DNA of 63,813 bases, the filler included, from Thraustochytrium aureum (Eukaryota), in assembly GCA_012862495.1 (NCBI GenBank). It is 7 parts of 4 records of this genome, joined end to end, with 100 filler letters (N's around TTAATTAATTAA, not from the genome) between each part and the next. Parts side by side here need not be neighbours in the genome. Positions count along the whole stretch, not along the records: positions 23,706 to 44,748 come from BLSG01000257.1; 6 more parts are not named here. One strand, given 5' to 3'. Every line of letters begins with the position of its first letter. The first letter of the stretch is position 1. Below are positions 32,629 through 44,748 of the stretch, piece after piece. Both the position numbers and the translations under genes were made by a program. The notes under the pieces are model-generated. The model was not told the origin of the DNA, made no database searches, and was given only the letters and a program-made list of their open reading frames with translations.

Positions 32629-35292
32629 CGCGAGCTGCTGCTTCTCGCCGTGAACGCGCCGTGGCTGCGCAAGACGCTGTGCGGGCTGAACAATGCTCAA
32701 CTCACTCGGGTACGTTGGGGGCGGGGCTTGCTGGCGGCCGGGCCGGGCCGGGCTGGGCTGGGCTGTCTTGTCTTGCCTTGTATTCTGCTTGCGAAACGGG
32801 GAGAGCGTTGAAACGGGCGGTTGGACTGACGGCATATCCTGGGCGCGCACAGGGCGTTCGAATGTCCACGCGCGACCACGCCCTCACGCCTCTCTCGCAG
32901 GCGCTGCTTGAGAAGCTGATTGGCTCGCTCAGGCGCGAGCACGACTCGCTGGAGGGGTTTCTGCGGCAAAAACACGCGCTCGAAATGCTCGGCATCGTCT
33001 TGTACTGCCTTCTGGACCGGCCGCACATTGACTTCAAGCAGCAGATCCTGAGCTTGCTGTGCCAGCTCGACAACGCAGACGCCTTCTTTGCCCGCCTGCT
33101 GGGCGAGCTGGTCGCTGTGGCCGCGGCGAACGAGCCCACGGGGGACGACGAAGCGCTCCGCCAGCTTCTGTACGTCAAACTACTCACCCTTTACGCGTTC
33201 CTCACGCTGGCAACCGCCTGCGACAACCTGCAGCGCAACTCGATGCTCGACCACTTTGTAGTGCAGCAAAAGCAGCTGCTCGGCATGTTGGACGCCATCT
33301 GCGTCCAGGAGCACCCGCTCTTCCTCAAGGAACAGGCGCTCGCGCTTCTCTCGCTGCTGTGCAACCACCGCAAGCACGAGTCGCGCAACCCGTTTCGCGC
33401 CCACATTCGCGATCTCTCGGTGAACAATGCGCACATGTACATGTTTTCCTTGCGCGAGGCCTTGTCCACGTGCAACCAGCTCCTGGTCAGGTGCTCGACG
33501 GGCTCCCTCTCGGCGTCTTCCCAAGACTCGTTTGCGGAGCTGGTCGAGTCCGTCTCGGAGACGGTCATCTCGTGGGGGGCCATCTCGGCTCGGCCTTCGG
33601 GGCGTGGGTCTCGGGGGTCAACACGTCCAGTCGGGCACACGGGCCCAACGATGCGCAGTCCAACGGGGCGGGCGACAGTGCCCGCCCCCCACGGCCCCCG
33701 ATGATTTCCCCTGGGGACCCGGACATGCCCTGCGATGCGCTGCTCTGGTGGNNNNNNNNNNNNNNNNNNNNNNNNNNNNNNNNNNNNNNNNNNNNNNNNN
33801 NNNNNNNNNNNNNNNNNNNNNNNNNNNNNNNNNNNNNNNNNNNNNNNNNNNNNNNNNNNCCTCCTGTTGTCGTGCTTTGAGTTTTTTTGCAGCAGTGGTG
33901 GCGACAAGTGGCTCAAAGTCTGCGTGGAGCACGACGTGCCGCCATGGGCCGCCGACGGAGGGGGCGCAGGTCCCCGCGCAACCGCTCGCTTGCTCGGGAC
34001 TCATGCTTGAGGTTTTAAAGCTCATCTCGTTCTGTCTGCACGCGCCAACGGCCTTGAGTAGCACGCTCCCGACTCACGTCGCCCTCTTCGTGGTGCGCTG
34101 CCTGACAGAGAACATCCAGGTGGGCACGCTCTTGTTCACAGTCCGCCTCGAGGAGACAGCCAACGTGAACGGGCTCCAACTTTTTGAACGCAAAGGCCAC
34201 AGCCTGCGCGGCGGAATCGAGCTTGCTCCTGCATGCGGCTCGCCGCGGCGCCGATCTGGCGGCGGCGCTGGCGGGGCCTCTCCACTCAGTGCAAGTAGCG
34301 CGCCTCGGCGGTCCTTCCAGTCGAGCTCCATGGAGCTCCTCGACGCTTCACTCGCCGCAACCATTCTGCATCAGCTCTCATGCGTCCTCCTCGAGTGCTG
34401 CACCGCCGAGCTGGATCGCGTTGATGCGCAACGCGCCCAGCGAGACCCGTTGCTGGCCGGGGAGGCTTCGCATGCTGGGCCTGGGGGCGCTGACGACAGC
34501 GAGCTGGGGCAGGGCGGAGGACTTGGGCGAGGGAATTGCGGCCCGCCCTCCGCAGCGAGTCACCCCGGCGCTGGCGTCGACGACCCGGTGCGGCGCAAGC
34601 TCGGCGCACTGTGCGGGCGCGTGGTCGAGTGCTTTCACCGCCTGCTACTGTTTGAAAAGCGAGCGATTGGCAAGGAGCACGCCACACTGCTCGGCGTGGA
34701 GTGGGACATGGTGTCTCGCGCCTTGTTCGCGCTCGTGAAGGTTCTCAGTCTTGGCCGCGAGGCGCTGGTCGATCTCGACGCGGCGCAGTTCGTCTCGCTC
34801 TGTTCGCACGTGGGGCACACCTTCAACCTCGTGCTCAGCTCGGACTGCCTCCAGGACATCGACCACGTCGCGTTCTTGATGTCGATCTTGCGCCACAGAG
34901 CCCAGGTGGAGGACCTGTGCGGCCTCCTGGAGCGCGACGCGCTGCTCGTCAAGGCAGGCGGCAGCCGCGTCGCCCAGCACGACCTCGGCAACTTGCGAAC
35001 GATCCTCTTCCACTTTGCCCAGGTCGTCATCATGCTCGAGGATTCTGGTGGAGCCGCCCAGGCGGCCGCGGGCTCGAAATCGGCGGGCGACCGGAGCGGC
35101 GCGATCCTGGCCAAGCTTGCCGAGTCGGCTGGTTCGCTCAAGCTAAAGCCGCACGACCGCCTTCGCGACGGGTTTCAGCGATTTGCAGAGACGGCGCCGG
35201 AGCGGGCCTTGCTTCGGGACTTTTTGAACGAGCTGGTCGTGGACACGAAGCGGCTCCGCCTCTTCGAGCACGCAGTGCGGAAGCGGGCGTAG
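32629..35292 (+). CDS. ARMH3: Armadillo-like helical domain protein ARMH3 (C10orf76/UPF0668)-like; 5' partial
   Basis: Exon RELLLLAVNAPWL, intron 32710-32900 (GTACGT...CTCGCAG), then LLSLLCNHRKHESRNPF, LGNLRTILFHF and LKLKPHDRLRDGFQRFAE..ERALL, matching ARMH3 motifs (NYRKYES.NPY; NIRAIINHF; LTLKL..gLDqYErYsE). Frameshifts at G runs near 33574 and 33960. Confidence 0.8.
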
Positions 35293-35690
35293 GTAGAGAG
35301 AGCACTACTTGGCACAACACAACACGCGCGAAAAACGTGCCGGCGCGAGTTGCTCTGATTTGTGGCGCCTGCCACTGATGAGACGAGCTTGCTCGCTGGC
35401 ACGTGCTCGCGCGCGAGTCGAGTGAACTAGTTGCTGAGGATTCTTTCGTTGTGTTTTTTAGTAAATGGGGCGAGGGAGATGGCTTCGGTAGGACGCGCAT
35501 GAGGCTGGGCGAATGTGTTACGTTCTCTGGGCAGGCAAGCCCCGCTGGCGCGCTTGGTCGGCCTTCGTCGGCCGAGACAAAAGGGCATGAGTGCCGCAGC
35601 AGCACAAACACAACAACCCGCCGAAGCGCATGCGGCTGGCACAAGCAAACAAAGGGCAGGAAATCAGGGAGCACCGTGGCGCCAAAGTCA

Positions 35691-38011
35691 TCAGGGGAAG
35701 AGCTCGCCAAGCTCTTTGTCAGCCACAAAGGCTTTGGCCGACTCCTCCGTGGCCTTCTCGCCGAGCAACTTGACGAGGTCGAACGATCCCGCTTGGTCCT
35801 GGACAGCCTTTGTGCCCTCCGGGCTCGCCTTGAGGGCCTTGAAAATCTCTCCGATCAGCTTGGGGAGCAAGTGCGGCGTTTCCTTGACAAAGTTGCCGAG
35901 GCAGGCCTCGATCGAGGCCACGCTGAGGACGCCGCCCGCGATAAGCTCTGCGAAGAGGGCGCCATAGTACTGGAAGGCAAGCGGGTTGTCCATGAGCTCG
36001 TCGCCGAGGAACTCGAGCCGCTCGTTGAGAGCATCCTCAAAGTCAGCCGTGGAAAGGATCTTCTCCTCGTGCAGAATGACGAGCGCCTGGGGCACATAGC
36101 GGCGCTCGGCGTCTTTCTTCTCGACGATGAGCGTGCAGGCGCACTTGATGAAAAAGTGCTTGGCCACCTGCTCGTTCTCGACCTGGGGCAGAATCTCGCG
36201 CACCGACTCGACGAGCTCTTCGCGCATCTGCAGCTCGACGAACTCGGTGAAGGTGAAGCGGATCTTGTTCTCCATCTTCTCCTGGTCTAGCATCGGGCCC
36301 GAGTACTTTGGCGCCGCCGGGCCGACCTCGCGCTGACTTGCGGCAGCTGCAGCGGCGCTGCCAGTCCCCGGCCCGCTCATGCGGCCAGAGAAGTTGCCAC
36401 CCCCGCGCCCAAGTCTGCTGCCGCCGCGGCCACCCTGCTGGCTGGACAGAATCGGCTTGGCGATCCCGGTGCCGCCCAGCCCGCCGGCCGGCCGCATCGA
36501 GGTGGCGNNNNNNNNNNNNNNNNNNNNNNNNNNNNNNNNNNNNNNNNNNNNNNNNNNNNNNNNNNNNNNNNNNNNNNNNNNNNNNNNNNNNNNNNNNNNN
36601 NNNNNNNNNNNNNNNNNNNNNNNNNNNNNNNNNNNNNNNNNNNNNNNNNNNNNNNNNNNNNNNNNNNNNNNNNNNNNNNNNNNNNNNNNNNNNNNNNNNN
36701 NNNNNNNNNNNNNNNNNNNNNNNNNNNNNNNNNNNNNNNNNNNNNNNNNNNNNNNNNNNNNNNNNNNNNNNNNNNNNNNNNNNNNNNNNNNNNNNNNNNN
36801 NNNNNNNNNNNNNNNNNNNNNNNNNNNNNNNNNNNNNNNNNNNNNNNNNNNNNNNNNNNNNNNNNNNNNNNNNNNNNNNNNNNNNNNNNNNNNNNNNNNN
36901 NNNNNNNNNNNNNNNNNNNNNNNNNNNNNNNNNNNNNNNNNNNNNNNNNNNNNNNNNNNNNNNNNNNNNNNNNNNNNNNNNNNNNNNNNNNNNNNNNNNN
37001 NNNNNNNNNNNNNNNNNNNNCGTCCTTGTGCACGTCGTCGATGGTCTTGGCCTTGAGCTCCTCGCGGCGGGCTTGCCATTTGTTGGAGCGCAGCTCGATG
37101 AGGTCGAGGATCATGAAGCGGTGGCGCGCGTCGATCGTCTTGTCGCCCGCGATTTTCTTGAGCTGGCGAAAGTATCCGTCGACGTACTCGTGCGACTTTT
37201 GGTTGGGGCTGGCCTCGAGCGTTGCTCCGATCGTGCCGAGCAGCTTTGCGAGGCACTCGATGTCCTCCGCCTCGGGCGTGTCGCTTTCCCCGTCGCTCTT
37301 CTTCGGGAAGAGGATCTTGACGATGCACGAATGCATGACCTTCTCTGTGAGGATCTTCTTCTTGTACAGCTCGCCGATGAACTGGATGTTGCCGAGCACC
37401 TTGCGCTTGATCTTGAGTGCTTCGTAGGTAAGCTCCTGGAGCTCGACTTTGAGTTCCGACTTTTTCTTTTCGTCGGTCTCTTTGGCCAGAGCTTCCTTGC
37501 AGGTCTGCAAGGCCTGCTGCGCGTCTTGGATCTGGGCCTCCTTCTCGAACTCCTCCTGGCACTTGTTGAGCAGGATGCGCTTGAAGTCGGTGAGCTTGGC
37601 AGCGTTCTTGCGGGCGTCATCGGCGTCTTTGTAGGGGCCCATAAGGCGCGTCTTGTCGTCCTCGGCTGGGTCGGCGCTCGCGGTCCAGAAAAACTCGCCG
37701 TCCTTCTCGACCACCTCAACAAAGTCCCACGTCTCGCCGCTGCCCTTGTTCTCCACGATCACCCTGCACAGGTCGGCATACAGCTCGCCGAACTTTGGCT
37801 CGGCAAGCGCCTTGTCAAACACAGCCGACATGGTTTCGCGGAGCATTTTGACGCTCGTCATGGGGATCTCGAGCAGTTGCTGCGAGAGACGATCAAACTT
37901 CTCCAGAGTCAGCTTGTTCAGAAGCCCGTTCACCTTCTTGATGGTCGCCTCCAACACGTCCTTGACCGGCTTGGGCTTCCAGGCGTTCTCCGAGATCTTG
38001 ATCGGCTCGAC
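35691..38011 (-). CDS. EIF4G: Translation initiation factor eIF4G (MIF4G plus MA3 domains); 5' part and middle in gaps
   Basis: SENAWKP, KKVNGLLNKLTLEKFDRL, VFDKALAEPKFGELYADLC, FKRILLNKCQEEFE, LGNIQFIGELYK, EDIECLAKLL.TIG, RFMILDLIELRSNKW..R; MA3-like helical C-terminus to the stop at 35691. Confidence 0.95.
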
Positions 38012-38960
38012 NNNNNNNNNNNNNNNNNNNNNNNNNNNNNNNNNNNNNNNNNNNNNNNNNNNNNNNNNNNNNNNNNNNNNNNNNNNNNNNNNNNNNNNNN
38101 NNNNNNNNNNNNNNNNNNNNNNNNNNNNNNNNNNNNNNNNNNNNNNNNNNNNNNNNNNNNNNNNNNNNNNNNNNNNNNNNNNNNNNNNNNNNNNNNNNNN
38201 NNNNNNNNNNNNNNNNNNNNNNNNNNNNNNNNNNNNNNNNNNNNNNNNNNNNNNNNNNNNNNNNNNNNNNNNNNNNNNNNNNNNNNNNNNNNNNNNNNNN
38301 NNNNNNNNNNNNNNNNNNNNNNNNNNNNNNNNNNNNNNNNNNNNNNNNNNNNNNNNNNNNNNNNNNNNNNNNNNNNNNNNNNNNNNNNNNNNNNNNNNNN
38401 NNNNNNNNNNNNNNNNNNNNNNNNNNNNNNNNNNNNNNNNNNNNNNNNNNNNNNNNNNNNNNNNNNNNNNNNNNNNNNNNNNNNNNNNNNNNNNNNNNNN
38501 NNNNNNNNNNNNNNNNNNNNNNNNNNNNNNNNNNNNNNNNNNNNNNNNNNNNNNNNNNNNNNNNNNNNNNNNNNNNNNNNNNNNNNNNNNNNNNNNNNNN
38601 NNNNNNNNNNNNNNNNNNNNNNNNNNNNNNNNNNNNNNNNNNNNNNNNNNNNNNNNNNNNNNNNNNNNNNNNNNNNNNNNNNNNNNNNNNNNNNNNNNNN
38701 NNNNNNNNNNNNNNNNNNNNNNNNNNNNNNNNNNNNNNNNNNNNNNNNNNNNNNNNNNNNNNNNNNNNNNNNNNNNNNNNNNNNNNNNNNNNNNNNNNNN
38801 NNNNNNNNNNNNNNNNNNNNNNNNNNNNNNNNNNNNNNNNNNNNNNNNNNNNNNNNNNNNNNNNNNNNNNNNNNNNNNNNNNNNNNNNNNNNNNNNNNNN
38901 NNNNNNNNNNNNNNNNNNNNNNNNNNNNNNNNNNNNNNCCCAACCAGTGGCCGGGCAGGT

Positions 38961-38995
<35 letters not shown>

Positions 38996-38996
38996 C
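38961..38996. repeat. (CTGC)n microsatellite upstream of eIF4G
   Basis: About 9 perfect copies. Confidence 0.95.
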
Positions 38997-39841
38997 CCTC
39001 GCCTTCTGCCCTCGCCTCCGCCGCTGCCGCCCACTCGATGCTCCGCTGCGCTTGCGTGGGTGGCTGCGAGCCCGCTCGCCGCCCCCTCACACCCGGCCCA
39101 GAGGCGCGCCCGCTCCGCCTCACAAACGCCTGCGGAGCCGCTCACAAGACGAACAGAGGGCGAGCGCTGACGCCCCTGAGACGGGATGGGAGGGAGGGGA
39201 ACCGGGCGGCGCGCCGTGGGAGGGGACGGAGGGAACGCGACGCTGTTCGGCGAGGGCCTGTCCGGCCTGGTTGCGCGCTGCGGGAGCCTGGGCTAGGAGG
39301 AGCGTCTGTGTGGGCGTGTCCAGCGGCCCTCGGGTTTTCCTCTTGTGCGCGCAACCGCCGTGATCCGAAGAATTCGAACGGAGTCGCTCTGTTCCCCCGA
39401 AGGAAAGTTGCGAAATCTTGCTCGTTTCGGCAGAGCCCAAGAGGCAAACCCATCGAAAAGGAAGAAGAGTTTCGATTTTTTTCGATTTTTTTCGGTGCAA
39501 AAAACATAGAAAAAAAATGCGAGGGATTTCCCTTGCACCCTAACCTGCCCAACACAATGAACCTAACCCGACCCGTTATCAGGGATGAGTGGACGCAGAC
39601 GCAGCCGTGCAAACAAGGCGAGAGGGGAACGAAAGGAATAGCGGGTCAGGAGCGCCCTCAAGCCGCGAAGCGGGGTGGGCGTCTCGGCCTGAAACGCGAG
39701 GCGCGGAACGCTTTTCACTGGGGTCGTGCCGCGCGACCGCCAGAGTCTCGCGTGCTCGCGGCCGACCAGTGCTGAGGCGTTTTGAGAGCGGCGGAGAGGT
39801 TGGCGGCGCCCTGCGCTCGAAACGCGGGCTCTGGGGCGGGT

Positions 39842-39875
39842 CGCGGCTTTGACGCGGCTTTGACGCGGCTTTGAC
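39842..39875. repeat. 11-bp tandem repeat (CGCGGCTTTGA) x3 about 40 nt upstream of RPA12
   Basis: Seen directly. Confidence 0.9.
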
Positions 39876-39913
39876 GGACGCGAGGGAGGGGCCGGTGGCA
39901 GCCGGGTGCCGCG

Positions 39914-40327
39914 ATGGACCCGCTTGCCTGTCGCGCGAACTTTTGCCGGACGTGTGGGACGCTGCTGGCAGCCGCTGACGAGGACGAGATCCGCTGCTTG
40001 TGCTGCGGGTCCGTCTCGTGCTATGGAGACCTGGACCCGCGCAACCTCAAAATGGTGACGACCAGCGAGCCGAGAGTGGAGCCCAAGTGGGTTCAGAAGC
40101 GGTTGCACGAGCTCAAGCCGGAGCTGGCCAACAACGATCCTGCAGCGGCGCGCCGGCGCGCCTTCACCTCAACTGAGCAGAGCAGAGCCACAGTCGACGA
40201 AAACTGCCCCAAGTGCGGCCACGGCAAGGCCAGCTTTTACACGATGCAGCTCAGGTCCGTCGACGAAGGGCAGACTGTGTTCTACGAGTGCCTCCAGTGC
40301 GCGCACAACTGGAGCCAAAACAACTAG
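39914..40327 (+). CDS. RPA12: RNA polymerase I subunit RPA12 (A12.2/ZNRD1)
   Basis: N-terminal ribbon FCRTCGTLL..CLCCG; C-terminal RATVDENCPKCGH..FYTMQLRSVDEGQTVFYECLQC. Confidence 0.95.
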   Translation: MDPLACRANFCRTCGTLLAAADEDEIRCLCCGSVSCYGDLDPRNLKMVTTSEPRVEPKWVQKRLHELKPELANNDPAAARRRAFTSTEQSRATVDENCPKCGHGKASFYTMQLRSVDEGQTVFYECLQCAHNWSQNN

Positions 40328-40958
40328 CTAGCTAGCTCCAGAGCTCTACGTAGACTCTCTCTGGCTAGAGAGAGCTAGCGCTTGCTCAGGAGGGCTTCGG
40401 GAGAGCTGCCGGCGCCCTGCGCCTGCCGNNNNNNNNNNNNNNNNNNNNNNNNNNNNNNNNNNNNNNNNNNNNNNNNNNNNNNNNNNNNNNNNNNNNNNNN
40501 NNNNNNNNNNNNNNNNNNNNNNNNNNNNNNNNNNNNNNNNNNNNNNNNNNNNNNNNNNNNNNNNNNNNNNNNNNNNNNNNNNNNNNNNNNNNNNNNNNNN
40601 NNNNNNNNNNNNNNNNNNNNNNNNNNNNNNNNNNNNNNNNNNNNNNNNNNNNNNNNNNNNNNNNNNNNNNNNNNNNNNNNNNNNNNNNNNNNNNNNNNNN
40701 NNNNNNNNNNNNNNNNNNNNNNNNNNNNNNNNNNNNNNNNNNNNNNNNNNNNNNNNNNNNNNNNNNNNNNNNNNNNNNNNNNNNNNNNNNNNNNNNNNNN
40801 NNNNNNNNNNNNNNNNNNNNNNNNNNNNNNNNNNNNNNNNNNNNNNNNNNNNNNNNNNNNNNNNNNNNNNNNNNNNNNNNNNNNNNNNNNNNNNNNNNNN
40901 NNNNNNNNNNNNNNNNNNNNNNNNNNNNNNNNNNNNNNNNNNNNNNNNNNNNNNNNNN

Positions 40959-41040
40959 CGCCGCCCCTGCTTCGAACGAGCGGGCCGTCGCAGGCAGCGC
41001 CGCCCCTGTTTCGAACGAGCGGGCCGTCGCAGGCAGCGCC
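40959..41040. repeat. 39-bp tandem repeat, 2 or more copies, abutting an assembly gap
   Basis: CGCCGCCCCTGYTTCGAACGAGCGGGCCGTCGCAGGCAG twice. Confidence 0.9.
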
Positions 41041-41290
41041 TTGCTACGTGCGTGCTTGCAATGGCCTGCCGCGTTTCGAAAGTGTCAAATAAGGAAAGAA
41101 TACAATGGAAAACCTGTGTTGTCTTGGGACTTTGGACCGACCGACCGGCGCGAGCAGCCACGGACTCTTTCAAGCGAATGCGGGAATCCTCCGAACGTTC
41201 GCCGTCCTTGCTTGCCCATCGTCCAAACGCCGCAGGCCAAAGCCAAGGCAGCCTCGGTACTACTCCGACCCCCAGTGACCTTGGCGCGAG

Positions 41291-42329
41291 TCAGGGCTGC
41301 GCCAGAGACTCCTCCGCGATCGGCTTTGGGTTCCAACGGTTCTGAAAGTTTTTGCGCCAGAGCCGGATGGTGCCGTCGTCGCTCGAGGTCGCAAGCACAG
41401 TGCCAGTGATGTTCCACTCGCACCGCCATACCTCGCTGTTTGCAGCAAGCTCCCCGTCGACCTCGACCGTGCTGTAGGCCTCGGTCTCCTCGCTCCATCC
41501 GAGCTTCCACACCGTGACAATCTCGCTGCTCGCCACGGCAGCAGCGATGAGGTGATACGAGCGGCCCAAGTTGGGCGCCCAGCAAACGTCGTTGACGGCC
41601 CCTGCCGACGAGTCCGGCATCGGAAGCGCAACCATGGCCTCCCAGCGGCGAGCGGACTGGTTTTTCGCCCACACCTTGACGTCGTTCGTGGTGCCCACGA
41701 CGAGCATCTGCGAGTCAAACCTTGACGGGTTCCAGGACAAGCAGGTCGCCTCGCTGTTCTTTTCGCGCGTTGCAGCAAACTTTTCGCTCATCGTCCACGA
41801 CGTCAGGTTCATGACGTCGTCCGCAACGAAGATCCGCACAAAGCCGTCGCGCGAGCACGTCGCCAGGCAGAGCCCAAAGTGCCGCGGAGCAAACTTCATG
41901 TCGTTCACTGGCTGGCTGCCGTCCCCCTTGCAGGTCGCGATGCGGTGCCAATGCGACTGGACCTCCTGACTCGCGCCGCTGCCCAAAGCGCCGTCGGGCT
42001 TACCCTCGCCCGGCGCGGCCCCGCCGTTGCCTGTGTCGCTGTTCTCGTCGTACACCGCCGCAAGGTCATCGGGCCCGGCGCTTGCGACCGGCGTGTCGAG
42101 CTCCTCCCAGATGATCACCTGCTGGTCAAACGAGGACGAGGCGAGCACCTGACCAAACTCGGGGTGCGCCCAGGCGACCTTCCAGACCGCCCCACGGTGC
42201 AGGAGCGGCAGCGTCGCCTCGCACTTCCACGCCCCTGCGGCATTCTCGCTCCAGACCTTGATCGTGTGATCCGAGCTGCACGTTGCGAGCCGCTTCCCAT
42301 AGTGGTCATACGCAATATCATGGACAAAG
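41291..42329 (-). CDS. SEH1: Nucleoporin/GATOR2 subunit SEH1 (WD40); first codons in gap
   Basis: HDIAYDHYGKRLATCSSD, VWKVAWAHPEFGQVLAS, FAPRHFGLCLAT, WAPNLGRSYHLIA, VWRCEWNITGTVLATSSDDG. Confidence 0.95.
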
Positions 42330-43007
42330 NNNNNNNNNNNNNNNNNNNNNNNNNNNNNNNNNNNNNNNNNNNNNNNNNNNNNNNNNNNNNNNNNNNNNNN
42401 NNNNNNNNNNNNNNNNNNNNNNNNNNNNNNNNNNNNNNNNNNNNNNNNNNNNNNNNNNNNNNNNNNNNNNNNNNNNNNNNNNNNNNNNNNNNNNNNNNNN
42501 NNNNNNNNNNNNNNNNNNNNNNNNNNNNNNNNNNNNNNNNNNNNNNNNNNNNNNNNNNNNNNNNNNNNNNNNNNNNNNNNNNNNNNNNNNNNNNNNNNNN
42601 NNNNNNNNNNNNNNNNNNNNNNNNNNNNNNNNNNNNNNNNNNNNNNNNNNNNNNNNNNNNNNNNNNNNNNNNNNNNNNNNNNNNNNNNNNNNNNNNNNNN
42701 NNNNNNNNNNNNNNNNNNNNNNNNNNNNNNNNNNNNNNNNNNNNNNNNNNNNNNNNNNNNNNNNNNNNNNNNNNNNNNNNNNNNNNNNNNNNNNNNNNNN
42801 NNNNNNNNNNNNNNNNNNNNNNNNNNNNNNNNNNNNNNNNNNNNNNNNNNNNNNNNNNNNNNNNNNNNNNNNNNNNNNNNNNNNNNNNNNNNNNNNNNNN
42901 NNNNNNNNNNNNNNNNNNNNNNNNNNNNNNNNNNNNNNNNNNNNNNNNNNNNNNNNNNNNNNNNNNNNNNNNNNNNNNNNNNNNNNNNNNNNNNNNNNNN
43001 NNNNNNN

Positions 43008-43559
43008 AGCCGGGAGCCGGAGAGCGCCGAGCGCGCTTGCAAGGCCCGCGGGTCGCAGCTCCGCACTCACTTCAAGAAGATGCACGAGGTTGGTGCTTTC
43101 ATCCGCGGCATGACCATCAAGGCTGCCCGCGAGTACCTCGAGCAGGTCCTTGACTTTGAGCGTGCCATCCCGTTCAAGCACTTTCGTGCGGGTTGCGGCC
43201 GCCATGCCCAGGCCAAGCTTATCAACGCCCCCGGCGACCAGGTCGGCTGGCCCGTCAAGTCGGTCAAGTACATGCTCGACCTGATCCAGAACCTCAAGGC
43301 CAACGCCGAAATGAAGGGCCTCGACGGCGACGTCATGGTCATCCGCCACGTGCAGGTCGACATGGCCGTCAAGATGCGCCGCCGCACTTACCGTGCGCAC
43401 GGCCGCATCAACCCGTACATGTGCCACCCCTGCCACGTCGAGCTCTGGGCTGAGACCAAGAAGGACAAGGTCGAGAAGGAGAAGGCCCCGCCCGCCTTTG
43501 TCTCCCGGAAGCACCTCGCGCAGCTCCGGAGGGCCAAGGTCCCCGTTGGCGAGAACTAG
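43008..43559 (+). CDS. RPL17: 60S ribosomal protein L17 (uL22); first codons in gap
   Basis: SREPESAERACKARGSQLRTHFK, GRHAQAK, WPVKS, RRRTYRAHGRINPYMCHPCHVEL. Confidence 0.97.
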   Translation, partial: SREPESAERACKARGSQLRTHFKKMHEVGAFIRGMTIKAAREYLEQVLDFERAIPFKHFRAGCGRHAQAKLINAPGDQVGWPVKSVKYMLDLIQNLKANAEMKGLDGDVMVIRHVQVDMAVKMRRRTYRAHGRINPYMCHPCHVELWAETKKDKVEKEKAPPAFVSRKHLAQLRRAKVPVGEN

Positions 43560-43678
43560 ATGTCAGTTCATTGAAACCCGCTATTCCTTCCATGCCAACC
43601 CGTTTCTTCCTTCCCCCAGCCCTCTTCCACGGCGCCTGCCTGTGGTTGCTTGTTGTCGCGCTTACCTCGCTCGCCGGC

Positions 43679-43917
43679 GCGAGGCGACGAACAGAAATTC
43701 ATAACAGGCAGCGAGGCGACAAAGTTTGACAAACAGAAATACATAACAGGCAGCGAGGCGACAAACAGAATACATAACAGGCAGCGAGGCGACAAACAGA
43801 ATACATAACAGGCAGCGAGGCGACAAACAGAAATACATAACAGGCAGCGAGGCGACAAACAGAAATCCATATCAGGCAGCGAGGCGACAAACAGAAATAC
43901 ATAGCAGGCAGCGAGGC
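43679..43917. repeat. 31-32 bp minisatellite, about 7 copies (AAATACATAACAGGCAGCGAGGCGACAAACAG)
   Basis: Head-to-tail copies with small indels and no unique spacers, between convergent RPL17 and mastigoneme genes. Confidence 0.95.
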
Positions 43918-44167
43918 TCCAACTTTTCGCTCTCCGCGGCATGCCCATCAAGCACAGTCGGATCTCGCTGTACGACCGCCGTTCCCTGCGGCCCTGGGAC
44001 GAGACGCTCCTCGTTGTTGCTCTCGACACACAAGAGCCAATGTCAGCGAGAGGCTGCATCGCCCGGACGCCAAAGTCACCGCAACAGAATCACCGTAAAA
44101 AGTCGAGAAAGTAAACTTGCTTGTCTTAGCTCGTGAGCAACACGCGCAGCACGTGGGCAGAGGGAAA

Positions 44168-44748
44168 TTAGAGCACGAGAGTCTGCTTTTCGCAGGCATG
44201 GCCGTAAAAGCCCTTGTAGCATCGGCAGTTGCCAAACTCCGCGTCGCAGCTGCCACGGCCAGAGCACACCAGGCGTTGGCCAGTACCCGGCGTAGAATGA
44301 TCTACATCAGATTCAATTGTCCCTCCAGTGACACCCTTGTAGTACGGCTGGCAGCCATGCGCCTCGCAACCCTCTGTGAGAACTTCAAGCTTAGGCTGCT
44401 CCCCAGGCGTCTCAGAGCTGTCGAATGTGACGTCGAAAATAATGTTGAGTGCATCACCGCCATTCAGTGCGACTGTGACAGAGTCGATCGCACGCTGCGG
44501 GAGCGACTCGAGAGCCTCCTTGATGGCAACTACGCTTACCTTGTCGTCTCGGATTTCAATCGGTCGCGTCAACCAGGAAGCCCCGCGCCAATCCGTGTAT
44601 TTCAGGAGGAATTGGTCTCCGTCAACAAAGGCACCGTCGGTCGTGATCGTTATGGTCTGAACATTGTCGGCTTCTGGATCACCTGAAGAAGTGTACACGG
44701 AGAGCGGGTCGTCGCCGAGCTTGCACTTGCGGTCCATGCAGTCGTGAC
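44168..44748 (-). CDS. Tubular mastigoneme protein (Sig1/Ocm family, EGF-like), C-terminal part
   Basis: DC..RKC..GDDPL, VQTITI, F.LKYTDW.G..W.TRPI, IKEALESLP..AI..VTV, C...GCQP, terminal EGF CSGRGSCD...G.C.CYKGFYG.AC..QTLVL. Confidence 0.85.

Noticed and set aside
36308..39775. Very long ORFs spanning N runs (e.g. 1155 aa here, 855 aa at 15701)
   Set aside because: Length is inflated by X residues; this one is the antisense shadow of eIF4G.
43679..43917. CRISPR array (repeat length about 32 bp)
   Set aside because: Units are contiguous with no unique spacers, there are no cas genes, and the context is eukaryotic; it is a minisatellite.
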